In this document: positions 1 through 10,400 of the stretch, piece after piece | Layout of the letters: each line of letters starts with the position of its first letter | Position numbering within the stretch: position 1 is the stretch's first letter | DNA from: a virus | Taxonomy: Duplodnaviria > Caudoviricetes | DNA: 64,000 bases | IMG/VR virus record: IMGVR_UViG_3300009692_000017 | Location: 28,277-92,276 of that record | Reading direction: 5' to 3' (one strand) | Translations under genes and position numbers: made by a program | The notes under the pieces: generated by a model | The model's input: only the letters and a program-made list of their open reading frames with translations | What the model was told of the DNA's origin: nothing | Databases searched by the model: none

Positions 1-1
1 T

Positions 2-223
2 CTTAATAATATCAAATAATTCTTCACTAATATAATATGTTTGACCGTTATATTCTAGTGGATGATCATCTTTTTTAAATTTACCATTAGATATTAATGA
101 AAATTCTAATTGATTTAATATAATAAGAGGTTTATATGGTTTTTCTTTATCTATTATCCATATATCATCATTCTTAATATTCCAAAGAACTCCATCCAAA
201 TCAAACATTGCAATATCCCTCAT
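2..223 (-). CDS. HAD-superfamily hydrolase-like protein (partial, runs off window start)
   Basis: Hand translation from ATG at 223: MRDIAMFDLDGVLWNIK...; DxDG(V/T) is HAD motif I; frame stays open to the window edge. Confidence 0.55.
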   Translation of the reverse strand, partial: MRDIAMFDLDGVLWNIKNDDIWIIDKEKPYKPLIILNQLEFSLISNGKFKKDDHPLEYNGQTYYISEELFDIIK

Positions 224-287
224 ACTTCGCTATATATTTTTTTATGTATCTCTTTCATCTATTAAATTTTTAATTTTTTTTTATTAT

Positions 288-341
288 TTACGTCCAATCT
301 TCATCCTCAAAAGGATCAATAATAGTTTTTAGATTTTCCAT
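288..341 (-). CDS. 17-aa micro-ORF MENLKTIIDPFEDEDWT
   Basis: Hand translation; TTAATATATA motif at 359-368 directly upstream; combines the MENLK leader (cf. 53165..53356) with a DPYGEEDW-like motif. Confidence 0.5.
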   Translation of the reverse strand: MENLKTIIDPFEDEDWT

Positions 342-383
342 CCTATGTTTTTTATACATATATATTAAAAAAAAATCTCCATT

Positions 384-707
384 TTAAAATGGAGATTTGA
401 AATTAGGTAATTTATAATTTGATGGGTTAAAGTTTTTGGTCAAATTACCGATATTTCCCATGTTAGGCATCTTTTGATTCTTATCTTGTTCTTCATGATG
501 TTTCTTTTCGTTTTCATTTTTTTCATTCAACAATTTAATATATCTTTCAAATTCATAATAAGGCCATGTATCTACAACAGTAGTTGGCATTCTAAGTTGA
601 TTCATGAATTCAAATTTATTACCTGTCAAATTTTCCCAAGAAACTGTAAAAACAGTAAAAATGTTTTTTTCAATCTCTTGAATTTTATTTCTTTGAGATT
701 CTGTCAA
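384..707 (-). CDS. T4 gp51-like baseplate hub assembly / tail chaperone protein
   Basis: VDTWPYYEFERYIKLLNEKNENE resembles the small gp51-like proteins that follow gp26; TTG start overlaps the upstream gene and is uncertain. Confidence 0.5.
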   Translation of the reverse strand: MTESQRNKIQEIEKNIFTVFTVSWENLTGNKFEFMNQLRMPTTVVDTWPYYEFERYIKLLNEKNENEKKHHEEQDKNQKMPNMGNIGNLTKNFNPSNYKLPNFKSPF

Positions 708-1626
708 GTAAACTAGAACCTGGTTTGAAGATACTTGAGGCCCCCTTGGGAAACGTCATGTCCGTGTGGACCTCCTCACCACACACAGGACAATTAATTT
801 TCAATTCTTTTATGCCATATAACATTTTACCAACAACTTCATCTAAAAACAAGAAAGTATCCATATCTAAATTTTTAAATTCCTCTTCTTTTGCCTTAAT
901 ACCGTCTTCTGAAATAGTTTTTCTATCCCATAATGTAAAAGGAATTATTTTTAAAAATGACACATTCGGTGTTTTTTCAGATTGTACCTTATCCTTTATG
1001 TTCTTAAAGAATATTTCTTGAATACTAATACACGGTGGAGCCAATTTATAAATTTTTTCGTTAATATTGAAGTCAAACGTTCTATCAACTTTATTAAAGA
1101 ATTGTTCCAGATCTTTATCCATTTCATAATTAACAAATGTTTTTGGACAATCCGTACCTACTGTAGCACGAAATTGAATCTTAAATTCATGTTTACAATT
1201 ACTACACGTGGCATCTTTTGCTAAATTACTGTTTTTTTGAAACGTTAATTCACGAATCATAAAAATTAAAAACAATCTATCATTATCTTTTAAATCTTTA
1301 TACGTACCCATCATTCCACCAGGATGCTTGATTTTTACACATCGAGACAACATTTCATTCATTTTTTCAGTTACATCAAGGTAATTGTTATCATCTATCG
1401 ACGAATAAGCTTGCACTTCAGAAACTGAAGCTGCTCTAATCATAACAGTTGTGCCTGGTTTATAGAATATACCAGCAGGTAATACACTTAAATCGACAGT
1501 AATATAATTTATAGTATTACCATATTGATTATCAAATTGTTTTTCTGTAGTGATGTTAACTTGTGGTTTTGTTGATTCGGATATAAATTTCTCTAATGCG
1601 TCCTTTTTATTTTCTTTTTCTTCCAT
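685..1626 (-). CDS. T4 gp26-like baseplate hub subunit
   Basis: LP..G.FY, DRLFLIFMIRELTF, two CxxC pairs (CSNC, CPVC); tail-gene context; late-type motif at 1648-1657. Confidence 0.65.
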   Translation of the reverse strand: MEEKENKKDALEKFISESTKPQVNITTEKQFDNQYGNTINYITVDLSVLPAGIFYKPGTTVMIRAASVSEVQAYSSIDDNNYLDVTEKMNEMLSRCVKIKHPGGMMGTYKDLKDNDRLFLIFMIRELTFQKNSNLAKDATCSNCKHEFKIQFRATVGTDCPKTFVNYEMDKDLEQFFNKVDRTFDFNINEKIYKLAPPCISIQEIFFKNIKDKVQSEKTPNVSFLKIIPFTLWDRKTISEDGIKAKEEEFKNLDMDTFLFLDEVVGKMLYGIKELKINCPVCGEEVHTDMTFPKGASSIFKPGSSLLDRISKK

Positions 1627-1720
1627 AAAATAAGTATTTTTTATTAGTATATATTAAAGAAGGTTTGGCCCGTTAAAAAATATCTATAAACTTGAACTTT
1701 GATTTTCAATATATAATTAT

Positions 1721-3079
1721 GTGATTTTAAGTGAAGAAATAAAAGTAAGATGTAATTCTAAAAATTTTAAACATTTTAATGAATTAGGATATGATGTGAA
1801 AATTAACGAATATTTTCAAGTAAAAATAAAAGATTTATCCAAAAATTCTCATACTAAAATATTTGTAAAATGTGATATTTGTGGTGATATAAAAAATATC
1901 ACTTATTTTTCGTATTGTAGAAACATTAATAATGGGAATTTATACACTTGTTATAAATGCAGTAAAATTAAATCAAAAAAGACTTCTTTAGATAAATATG
2001 GTGTAGAGTATCCAATACAATTAGAAAATATAAAACAAAAGAGAGAAAAAAACAATATTGAAAAATATGGTGTTGACTATCCGTCTAAATTGAAAGAAAA
2101 TATAGATAAATGTAAAAAAACTAAGTTAGAAAAATACGGTAATGAAAATTACGTTAATATAGAAAAAGCTAAAGAAACTAAATTAGAAAAATACGGTAAT
2201 GAAAATTATGTCAATATTGAAAAAATAAAAAAAACTAATTTAGAAAAATATGGATGTGAAAACGTTTTTCAAAACAACGAAATTAAAAATAAAAAAATAA
2301 AAACATTTATTAAGAATTACGGTGTTGATAACTATAGCAAATCAGAAATTTATAAAAATAAAAAAAATAAATTTATTTTAGATAAATATGAAAATATAAA
2401 TATTCTTGAATCCAATAATGATATCATTACTTTCATATGTGATTGTGAAAAAGATCACTTATACGACATAAATATTAATGTTTTGAGAAATAGAATAATA
2501 TACAAAACAATCTTATGTACTGTTTGTAATCCTGTCAATTCATACACCAATAGCGGACACGAAATACAATTACAAAATTTTATAAAAGAAAATTATAAAG
2601 ATGATATAATTTTAAATAACAGAGATTTAATTGGTAAAGAATTAGATATATATTTACCAAAAATAAAAATAGCTTTTGAATTTAATGGTTTATATTGGCA
2701 CTGTGAACTGAATAAAGAAAAAAATTATCATCTAAATAAAACAGAAACATGTGAAAATTTGGGAATAAAATTAATTCATATCTACGAAGATGAATGGGTG
2801 AATGATGAAGATAAAATAAAAACAAAAATATTAAATATATTAAAAAATAATAAACCATCCAGTATAGAAGAATTAGAATTTATCGATATTTACAAAATAA
2901 AAAAATTAAAAAATGAAATTTTATGTGAGGTGGATAGATCATGGTCAAACGGATCAGAATTAGAAGAATTGGATTTTAAATTAATAGAAAAAATAAAACC
3001 AGAATATCGTTTTATAGATAAAGAAAATAAAATTAAAATTTGGAATAGCGGTTATCTGAAATATATTAAATATATTTAA
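1721..3079 (+). CDS. Homing endonuclease-like protein (KTNLEKYG repeats + Vsr/PD-(D/E)xK-like domain, degenerate C-terminal domain)
   Basis: CDIC Zn site, repeated K.T.LEKYG units, ELDIYLPKIKIAFEFNGLYWH; paralog of 5852 and 30543; antisense to tail genes. Confidence 0.7.
   Translation: MILSEEIKVRCNSKNFKHFNELGYDVKINEYFQVKIKDLSKNSHTKIFVKCDICGDIKNITYFSYCRNINNGNLYTCYKCSKIKSKKTSLDKYGVEYPIQLENIKQKREKNNIEKYGVDYPSKLKENIDKCKKTKLEKYGNENYVNIEKAKETKLEKYGNENYVNIEKIKKTNLEKYGCENVFQNNEIKNKKIKTFIKNYGVDNYSKSEIYKNKKNKFILDKYENINILESNNDIITFICDCEKDHLYDININVLRNRIIYKTILCTVCNPVNSYTNSGHEIQLQNFIKENYKDDIILNNRDLIGKELDIYLPKIKIAFEFNGLYWHCELNKEKNYHLNKTETCENLGIKLIHIYEDEWVNDEDKIKTKILNILKNNKPSSIEELEFIDIYKIKKLKNEILCEVDRSWSNGSELEELDFKLIEKIKPEYRFIDKENKIKIWNSGYLKYIKYI
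2117..2252 (+). repeat. 57-bp (19-aa) coding tandem repeat TKLEKYGNENYVNIEK
   Basis: Two near-identical copies plus a partial third visible in DNA and protein. Confidence 0.75.
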
Positions 3080-3314
3080 CGATATTAATTTTTGTAACAT
3101 TTTTTATAAAATCCACTCAATATCTATTCTTTTATGTTTATGCCAACAATAATTATCATTACAAAATCTAATTGACCATTCGTAATGTCCCAACTTAATC
3201 ATCACATTTTTAAAAAAAGATAAAAATTGATAATGACAAGAATATGTAGTTTGTTCATTATTTCTATTAAGTACCGGATATATTTGATAATTTTGTTTCA
3301 TTCTTCTATATGAA

Positions 3315-3938
3315 TTAAAATTCGCTGCTAGCACCAGAACCACCAAATTCTCCTTCGCCTATACTTTTTGGCGCAAAAATATACAAGTCTTTATTCACTT
3401 TGTGACAAACATGAATTCCGATATTTTTATCCGATAATTTATATTCCTTGCCCTTCATATTTTTGGTATCTTTTAAAACCACAACATAGTCAAAATCACT
3501 TAATAAATTACCGGAATATATTATATAAAATTCAGTTTCTTCTCTTTTATTTAAATCACTAATTTTAATCAAATGTGAATCAGGAAAAGGTTTTGATGCT
3601 GCATATGTACTACCAAAAAATCTAGTTTTAAACCATATATATTTTGTTCCGTTTGGAACTATAATATTAGTCAAATGTTTAGTATCGTCCTCATATTCAT
3701 AACTATGTTCAGCAACTATAAATCCTCCATTCAAAATTAAAGTAAAATCTTCACCTTCAGCGTATAAATTATATTCTTTAAATTGTTGATCAGCTATCAC
3801 TTCACTCTTAATATGATCTGCCACACCAGTATTAAAGATAGCATCAGCCGCAATTGCACCACCTAATGCTAGTCCTGTACCTAAAAGAGCACCTTTCCAT
3901 CCCAGTTTTTCATTATATTCTTCAAAATCTGTTATCAT
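3315..3938 (-). CDS. Hypothetical membrane-anchored protein with CTS-like leader and Gly-rich C-terminus
   Basis: MITDFEEYNEK leader, hydrophobic GALLGTGLALGGAIAA, ends GEGEFGGSGASSEF; TTAATATATA at 3969-3978. Confidence 0.6.
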   Translation of the reverse strand: MITDFEEYNEKLGWKGALLGTGLALGGAIAADAIFNTGVADHIKSEVIADQQFKEYNLYAEGEDFTLILNGGFIVAEHSYEYEDDTKHLTNIIVPNGTKYIWFKTRFFGSTYAASKPFPDSHLIKISDLNKREETEFYIIYSGNLLSDFDYVVVLKDTKNMKGKEYKLSDKNIGIHVCHKVNKDLYIFAPKSIGEGEFGGSGASSEF

Positions 3939-3994
3939 ATTCTTATATTAATTTTTTAAATATATTCTTATATATTAATTTTTAATATGAAAAT

Positions 3995-4026
3995 AAAAAA
4001 AAGAGGTGAATTTCTCCGCCTCTTTT
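3995..4026 (-). terminator. Intrinsic terminator after HNH gene
   Basis: aaaagaggtg...cgcctctttt inverted repeat flanked by A/T runs. Confidence 0.6.
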
Positions 4027-4036
4027 GATTGTTATA

Positions 4037-4909
4037 TTAATATTTATTTTTAGATAAATTATCAAATGCCCACAAAGGTTGTAAATTTTCTAAAGCACAC
4101 ACTACCTTTATATCTGTATTATCTGGAAAATTCGCAACAGCTTTTATATGATCTATGTGCCAATCACCATGATTATCCCATGACATACCTTCAGTAAAAA
4201 GAGATTGAATGTGATTTTTTAAATCAAGTGCAGAATACCCCAACATATTTATTGTATGCGCCTCCTTCGGAGTATTAAGCCTTTTAAGTGTCGAATATAA
4301 AACTGAACGCCAAGCTATTACATGTGGATTATCATTACGATATTTGTAATATTTTTCCCTGTTTTCTACTTTATATACTTTTATGTATTCTCTCATCTCT
4401 TCACGATGATCATCTCTATATTTATCAAGGTAATCCTTTATTTTTTCCTTGTTTTTTGGATCATTACGATATTCAGCTTTCTTTTTTAATATTTTTTCTC
4501 TATTTTCAATATGATATTCTTTTTTACGCTCTAATATTTCTTCACGTTTTTCTTCATACCTATTCTTATCATATTCTTTTTGTTTTTCTTTAAAACCAGG
4601 TACTTCTTTATATTTTTTTTGAATATCTTTGACGCATTCTTTACACTCTTTTCTATGTCCATCTGAGGTTCCTCTTTTTATATGAAAATCATTTATATTT
4701 TTTTCAATTCCACAAACACGACAAATTTTAAGACCTTCCGTTTTAATTTCTTTTAGAGAATCTATCTCTTTTCTTTTTTCTTTATCGTTATATAATTTAT
4801 TACAACATTCTTTACATTCATTACGACGACCATCCTTCATTTTGTCATTTTTCGTAAAACACTCCACATTTTTTAGTTTTCCACAAACTCTACATAATTT
4901 ATTTTCCAT
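4037..4909 (-). CDS. HNH homing endonuclease with two N-terminal Zn-ribbon repeats
   Basis: Two CRVCG..K...F......G....CKEC repeats; C-terminal WHIDHI...LENLQPLWAFDNLSKN HNH motif. Confidence 0.85.
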   Translation of the reverse strand: MENKLCRVCGKLKNVECFTKNDKMKDGRRNECKECCNKLYNDKEKRKEIDSLKEIKTEGLKICRVCGIEKNINDFHIKRGTSDGHRKECKECVKDIQKKYKEVPGFKEKQKEYDKNRYEEKREEILERKKEYHIENREKILKKKAEYRNDPKNKEKIKDYLDKYRDDHREEMREYIKVYKVENREKYYKYRNDNPHVIAWRSVLYSTLKRLNTPKEAHTINMLGYSALDLKNHIQSLFTEGMSWDNHGDWHIDHIKAVANFPDNTDIKVVCALENLQPLWAFDNLSKNKY

Positions 4910-5022
4910 AATCTTTTCCTCTCAATAATCCTGGCTATTTTTTAGCAAAAATATAAGACTTATATAGTCTTATATTTTATAAGTTTAAAATAATTTATTA
5001 TTTTTATTTAGTCTAAATAAAA

Positions 5023-5616
5023 TTAGTAATAAAAATCTTCCCAGTAGTCACAAGCGAAGGTTGCGCTTAGGTCGTGAATTTCTGTTACTGATGACCAGTC
5101 GATATCTTCCCAACCAGTGAAGCTTGTTACCATAGCGTTATGCCAAATAACACGTCTTATAACAAGACCTTCTTTATCGTGGACGTCGATTGTAACCATT
5201 CCGACGAGATTCCCTTTATAATTTAGTTGTCCTGTCTCGTTATTCCATAGTAAATCATACCAGTCTTTTATAGCTCTAAAAACAGGAACTCTACCGGCCA
5301 CAACACCACTTGAGTTTTGTGAAACATTAACAGATTCATTTAAATTGAATTTAATAGTTTGGTCTGTTAAATGTGTTTGATTAGGTAATGTTGGATAGAT
5401 TCTTGTTGAATATTTAAATCTTTGTTCCTTGACATCTATTTTCGGATATGTTGGTAACGGAACACTAGTGGCATTTTCAATCAAAATTGATCTAATCCCC
5501 TCTAAATTAGCCAATACCAAAGGCGGAAGATCTATTTGGATTTCGAATAAACTTTTATAAATAGGTTCCCAAATGTTCATTGCTGTTGTTACGTTTGTAA
5601 AATGTGCTAAACCCAT
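5023..5616 (-). CDS. Tail tube protein (T4 gp19-like)
   Basis: Size, WYDLLWNNETG, C-terminal ATFACDYWED pattern, position downstream of the sheath gene. Confidence 0.75.
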   Translation of the reverse strand: MGLAHFTNVTTAMNIWEPIYKSLFEIQIDLPPLVLANLEGIRSILIENATSVPLPTYPKIDVKEQRFKYSTRIYPTLPNQTHLTDQTIKFNLNESVNVSQNSSGVVAGRVPVFRAIKDWYDLLWNNETGQLNYKGNLVGMVTIDVHDKEGLVIRRVIWHNAMVTSFTGWEDIDWSSVTEIHDLSATFACDYWEDFYY

Positions 5617-5660
5617 ATTTTCTGTTATTATTTTTTATTTTTTTATTTTCCCTTTAATAT

Positions 5661-5796
5661 TATATATTAATATTATCTTCGCTCCTCTGATATATATATT
5701 AATATTTTTTTCTATTTTTTCTATTAAATTTATATATTAATCTTTCATTTTCATTTTTTTAAGATTATTCTCTTAACTATTAGGTGTATATATTAA
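5661..5796 (-). promoter_or_regulatory. Four copies of putative late promoter TTAATATATA upstream of tail tube
   Basis: Exact tatatattaa on + strand at 5661, 5693, 5731 and 5787. Confidence 0.6.
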
Positions 5797-5801
5797 AATT
5801 A

Positions 5802-5829
5802 AAACTTTATATTTTTTATATTCTATAAG
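5802..5829 (+). promoter_or_regulatory. Putative bipartite promoter AAACTT-N16-TATAAG
   Basis: Same spacing recurs at 1688, 30154 (+) and 4986, 27363 (-). Confidence 0.5.
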
Positions 5830-5851
5830 AGAGTAAGAAACACTTATATTT

Positions 5852-7390
5852 ATGAATAATAATGTAGAAATTATAATAAAAGAAAATGGACCGTCTGGGA
5901 GAATGTATTTAGAGAAATATGTTATGAAAAATCATATTGATATCTATAACGACATTATATCTTTTTGTAATGATAATGATTTAAAAGAACTGTCATTTAA
6001 AGAAAAAGTATATCATTATGTTAATGATATTAAAGAAATTGTGTTATGTAAAAATCCGAATTGTAATAATAAAACAAGATTTAAAAATTCAACATTAGGA
6101 TATGGTAATTATTGTTCCATTCAATGTATAAGTAGTGATCCCAATATTAAAGCGATTAAAGAAAAGAAATCATATGAAAAATATGGAACTAAGGCACCAG
6201 CGATGAATAAACGGGTTAAAGATAAAATGATTAATACAAATAATAATAGATATGGCGGAAATAGTCCATTAAATAATAAAGATATTATCGAAAAGTCCTT
6301 AAAATCTTTTCGAAAAACAAAAATAAATAAAAATTTAGAAAAATATAAAAACTATAAAAACTTACAAATACTAGGTGTAGATTATGATAACAAAACATTT
6401 AAATTTAAATGTGATAAGAATCATGTATTTGATATAGATATGAATCTATTTAGAAATAGAAATAAAATAGATACAGTAATATGTACAGTTTGCAATCCCG
6501 TAAGTTCTTTTAGTAATAGTGGTCATGAGTTGCAATTTAGAAAATATATTGAAGACACGTATAAAGAAGAAATATTATATAACGATAGAAATATAATAGG
6601 TAAAGAAATAGATATTTACCTACCAAAATTGATGTTGGGTTTTGAATTTAATGAAGTTTATTGGCATAATGAATTACACAAACCAAATAATTTTCATTTA
6701 GATAAAACGGTACTATGTGAGAAAAATAAAATAAAATTAATACATGTATATCAAGACGATTGGTTGTATAAACAAAACATAGTTAAATCCAGAATTCTAA
6801 ATCTTCTTGGTAAATCGGAAAGAATAATGGCTAGGAAATGTATAATAAAAGAAATTGATGATAATGATTTGGTTAGAGAATTCCTAGATCAAAATCACTT
6901 ACAGGGATTTGTTGGTTCTAAAATTAAAATTGGTTTATTTTTCAAAAATGTATTAGTTTCTTTAATGACGTTTGGGGATCTTAGGAAATTAATGGGTCAA
7001 AAATCTTTAGATGGATCATATGAAATGTTACGATTTTGTAATAAATTGAACAATAACGTTATCGGAGGAGCTAGTCGTTTATTCAAATATTTCATCGATC
7101 ACTATGAACCGAAAGAAGTAATAAGTTATGCTGATCGTAGTTGGTCATCTGGTAATTTATATGAAAATCTAGGATTTAAATTAATTCATAAAACACAACC
7201 AAATTATTATTATGTTACAAATGACGGTATAAGAAAACATAGATTTGAATTCAGAAAAGACGTTTTAATTAGACAAGGATTCGATCCAAATAAAACTGAA
7301 CACGAAATAATGTTAGAACGCAAAATTTATAGAATATACGACTCGGGACATTTAAAATATAAATACGAAAACAAAAAAAAGGAGACCTAA
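5852..7390 (+). CDS. Hef-like homing endonuclease (Vsr-like domain + conserved C-terminal domain)
   Basis: EIDIYLPKLMLGFEFNEVYWH; ARKC..NHLQGF..YEMLRFCNK..GGASRLFKYF..SYADRSWSSG; inserted antisense between sheath and tube. Confidence 0.75.
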   Translation: MNNNVEIIIKENGPSGRMYLEKYVMKNHIDIYNDIISFCNDNDLKELSFKEKVYHYVNDIKEIVLCKNPNCNNKTRFKNSTLGYGNYCSIQCISSDPNIKAIKEKKSYEKYGTKAPAMNKRVKDKMINTNNNRYGGNSPLNNKDIIEKSLKSFRKTKINKNLEKYKNYKNLQILGVDYDNKTFKFKCDKNHVFDIDMNLFRNRNKIDTVICTVCNPVSSFSNSGHELQFRKYIEDTYKEEILYNDRNIIGKEIDIYLPKLMLGFEFNEVYWHNELHKPNNFHLDKTVLCEKNKIKLIHVYQDDWLYKQNIVKSRILNLLGKSERIMARKCIIKEIDDNDLVREFLDQNHLQGFVGSKIKIGLFFKNVLVSLMTFGDLRKLMGQKSLDGSYEMLRFCNKLNNNVIGGASRLFKYFIDHYEPKEVISYADRSWSSGNLYENLGFKLIHKTQPNYYYVTNDGIRKHRFEFRKDVLIRQGFDPNKTEHEIMLERKIYRIYDSGHLKYKYENKKKET

Positions 7391-7402
7391 AGTCTCCTTT
7401 TT
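7374..7402. terminator. Bidirectional intrinsic terminator
   Basis: aaaaaaaggagac-ctaaa-gtctcctttttt between convergent genes. Confidence 0.75.
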
Positions 7403-7422
7403 TAATTATATACAACATTCAA

Positions 7423-10400
7423 TTATGCTGGGGAAAATCCTTTTGATGAGATTGTTCCTTTTTTGAGAATTGTAATATTATTTACAATTATACCCATTCC
7501 CTTTATGATTTCCACATACGTATCAAGCACACCCATTTGTAGATCAATTATATAATCGGTGTTATTTGTTTTGTCACATACGTTTTTGAAATCGTAGAGT
7601 GCGTTGGTATCTAGAAGTTCTTTGCAGATTTGATCAGCTCTGAATTTTATTTCAGCTCTAATTTCAGGTGTATTAAATCTCCAATGATAGTTGAGTAACA
7701 TATCATATAGTCTATTTTCGAGTTCAATAAGAACTTCTCTGGAGTGCATATAGCTAAGTGAAGAAATTGGAAATACTTGAGCAGTGCTTTCAGAGTTTAT
7801 ATTATATCCTCTATTAAGAGAATATACAATTGGATTGGCTCCCATAGCATAGAAGTTTTCTAGATCTTCATTAGTAAATCTCATTTCTGTTGCAGAAATG
7901 TCTTTTATTTTTGAAAATTGAGGACCAGCTATAATTTGCCACGGATAAGAACTACCGAGTTCACCTGTGAATTTTGCCATATAGGCTTTAGCTGCCTTGG
8001 CAGCTGGTGGAATGAATTTAGTATTATCGTTAACATCTTTTACATATGGGAAGAAATAACCAACAGTTGACATACCAACACCGTTTCCAAAACTATATAA
8101 GAAGTTAGGGTTGAGATCTGGATTACCACCTTCTTTGATGTATTCAGTATTAATTGTTCTATCATCATTTATAAAACTTGGATTTATTGATGTTTTGAAT
8201 TGTCTGACGCTTGGCATATTAATGAATCCAAGACAGTTCAATTTAGCACCACAGAGATCAACATATTCTTGTTTAGAATTTGAAGTTAAACCCAGTCCAA
8301 ACGAATCCACTAAATATCTCCAAGTGATTCTATTTTTATTAACAAGTCCTTTAGCCAAGTTTGTTGATTTATCAATAACACTCATGATTGAATCTAATCT
8401 AGCGTCTGTTCCATTTGGAATAGAATCTGGATGTATTACGAATGGATCTAATGTTACACCATAATATTCATCAAAGTAATTATCGATTGATTTATATGCA
8501 GTAGTTTGATAATCCGGAGTTAATGTGGAACCAGAATTATTCCAAATTTTAATAGGACCATCTGCATATAAAATTTTCAATGATGTATTTACAGTATCGC
8601 CAACAGTATTTATGATTTTTACCAATTTTCTTGGTTGTTCACCATTTAGATAACCTTGGCCTGGCGCATCATAGTATGATGTATCATAATAACCTTCGAG
8701 GTACCAACCTTTTGTTATTTCACTATATCTTGTTTTATCAACATAAATATAATATGTGTTTGTAAGATCGGTTATGCTGCTATAATTTTCGATTTCTAAA
8801 GTTTGTTTCATATTTTCTTTATCTGAATGTACTGATAATTTATAATCATATAATGGCCAATTTAATGGATTTATTTGCACAGGATCTGATGTTGGATCAT
8901 TTAATAAAAATTGTGTTATTAAATTTTTATTTTCATCAATGTACATTTTCAAATAATAAATATTTGTTGTTTCTCCTGTATCATTATTTTTATAAAACCA
9001 ATCTAGATTGTTTATTTCACCATTATAATAACCCAAATAGAAATTTGAATATTTTGCGGCTACTCCGAAGTCTATTCCTAATCCTGTCATTGGATATACT
9101 GGTTTTTCTGTTGTCATTATTGTTGATATTTTAGCTGATACACCGGTTGGTAGTACGAATTCATTATCAACATAATATATTATGAATTTTCCATTATTAC
9201 AATAATCTGCTGGTATGTAACTCACGCCATCGAAATAAATTACAATTTTTGCATTTTCTGTTGTAGTGCTTTCAAAAATGAAATAATTATCGTCTATATT
9301 ATATTTATAACCATTTTTATAATTAATAATTGCTGATTTTCCTAATAAAATTTTAGATTCCATTTCAGCAAACACCTTTTGAAGTCTTAATTTATCATAA
9401 TCCGAATAAATTGTCGAACCACTAGTTCCTTGGAATGTTAAGATTAAAGACGTGGATGTAGTAGTACATAATATTGTGTAATCATCCATCGATTGATAAT
9501 ATCTATATCCTGATGAAGTCGTAGTTACACCAGTATAATATGATGTTGTTTCGTCATCGTTCCATGTGTGTTTAATACTACATAAAATTATTGTATTTTC
9601 ATTACTTAATAAATAATTTGGAGCACTTGGTGTTGTTCCAACAGATGCAGTACCAGTTAAAACGTGAGATGTAGATGAATCTGTACTTAAATAAACAACA
9701 TCAATTCTACTTTGAGTTGTTCCTGAACTTGTACCTGAACCCAGAACAAAAGGACTAAAGAAGATTTTTTCTGAATTCAATTGGTATTGAGTTTCACCGA
9801 TTTGATACGTATAACCTGATACATCATCGATCAATTTATTTTTAATTGAATAAATAAATGTATTTGTGGTTCCTGATGAAGTTATTCCAGATAATGGATC
9901 ACCATCATGAGATCCAGAAATTGTTATTGATGTATTTCCAGTATTTATGATATAATATGGAGTTAAACTATCAATTATACCAAAAGATCTATTGAAATAA
10001 ATAACATCACCTATTTCTGTTGTACCCGAAACAATACTCGTGTTAGTTGTCAATACCCCAGTTGATGAATCTATTGCATTTATTTTATATGTATAATTAT
10101 AATTTACGCCATTTGCTAATTCTGGATAAATATTAGTATACCAATTTGTATATGCGGCTGTTCTGCCTGATAACCATCCTGGAGTTGAAATCATATTTAC
10201 AGCATAATTACCAAAAACATTTCCGGGACTATCTAAATAAGTTTGTTCGTAATCCAAAATTTCACTAAAGGTTCCTTTATATGACATGAAATTTAAAGAT
10301 TTTTTATCAGTACCGACTAATGTCGAACCAATTAAATCGATAGCACCTTTTGGATAATCAGCATTCAATAGGGCATCTTCATTATAATAACAGAAAATTC

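Noticed and set aside
474-1224. Hydrophobic antisense ORFs here and elsewhere (e.g. 39691..39882, 14160..14420, 8111..8464, 51445..51768)
   Set aside because: Lie opposite well-supported genes; Phe/Ile/Leu richness mirrors Lys/Glu/Asn codons on the real strand.
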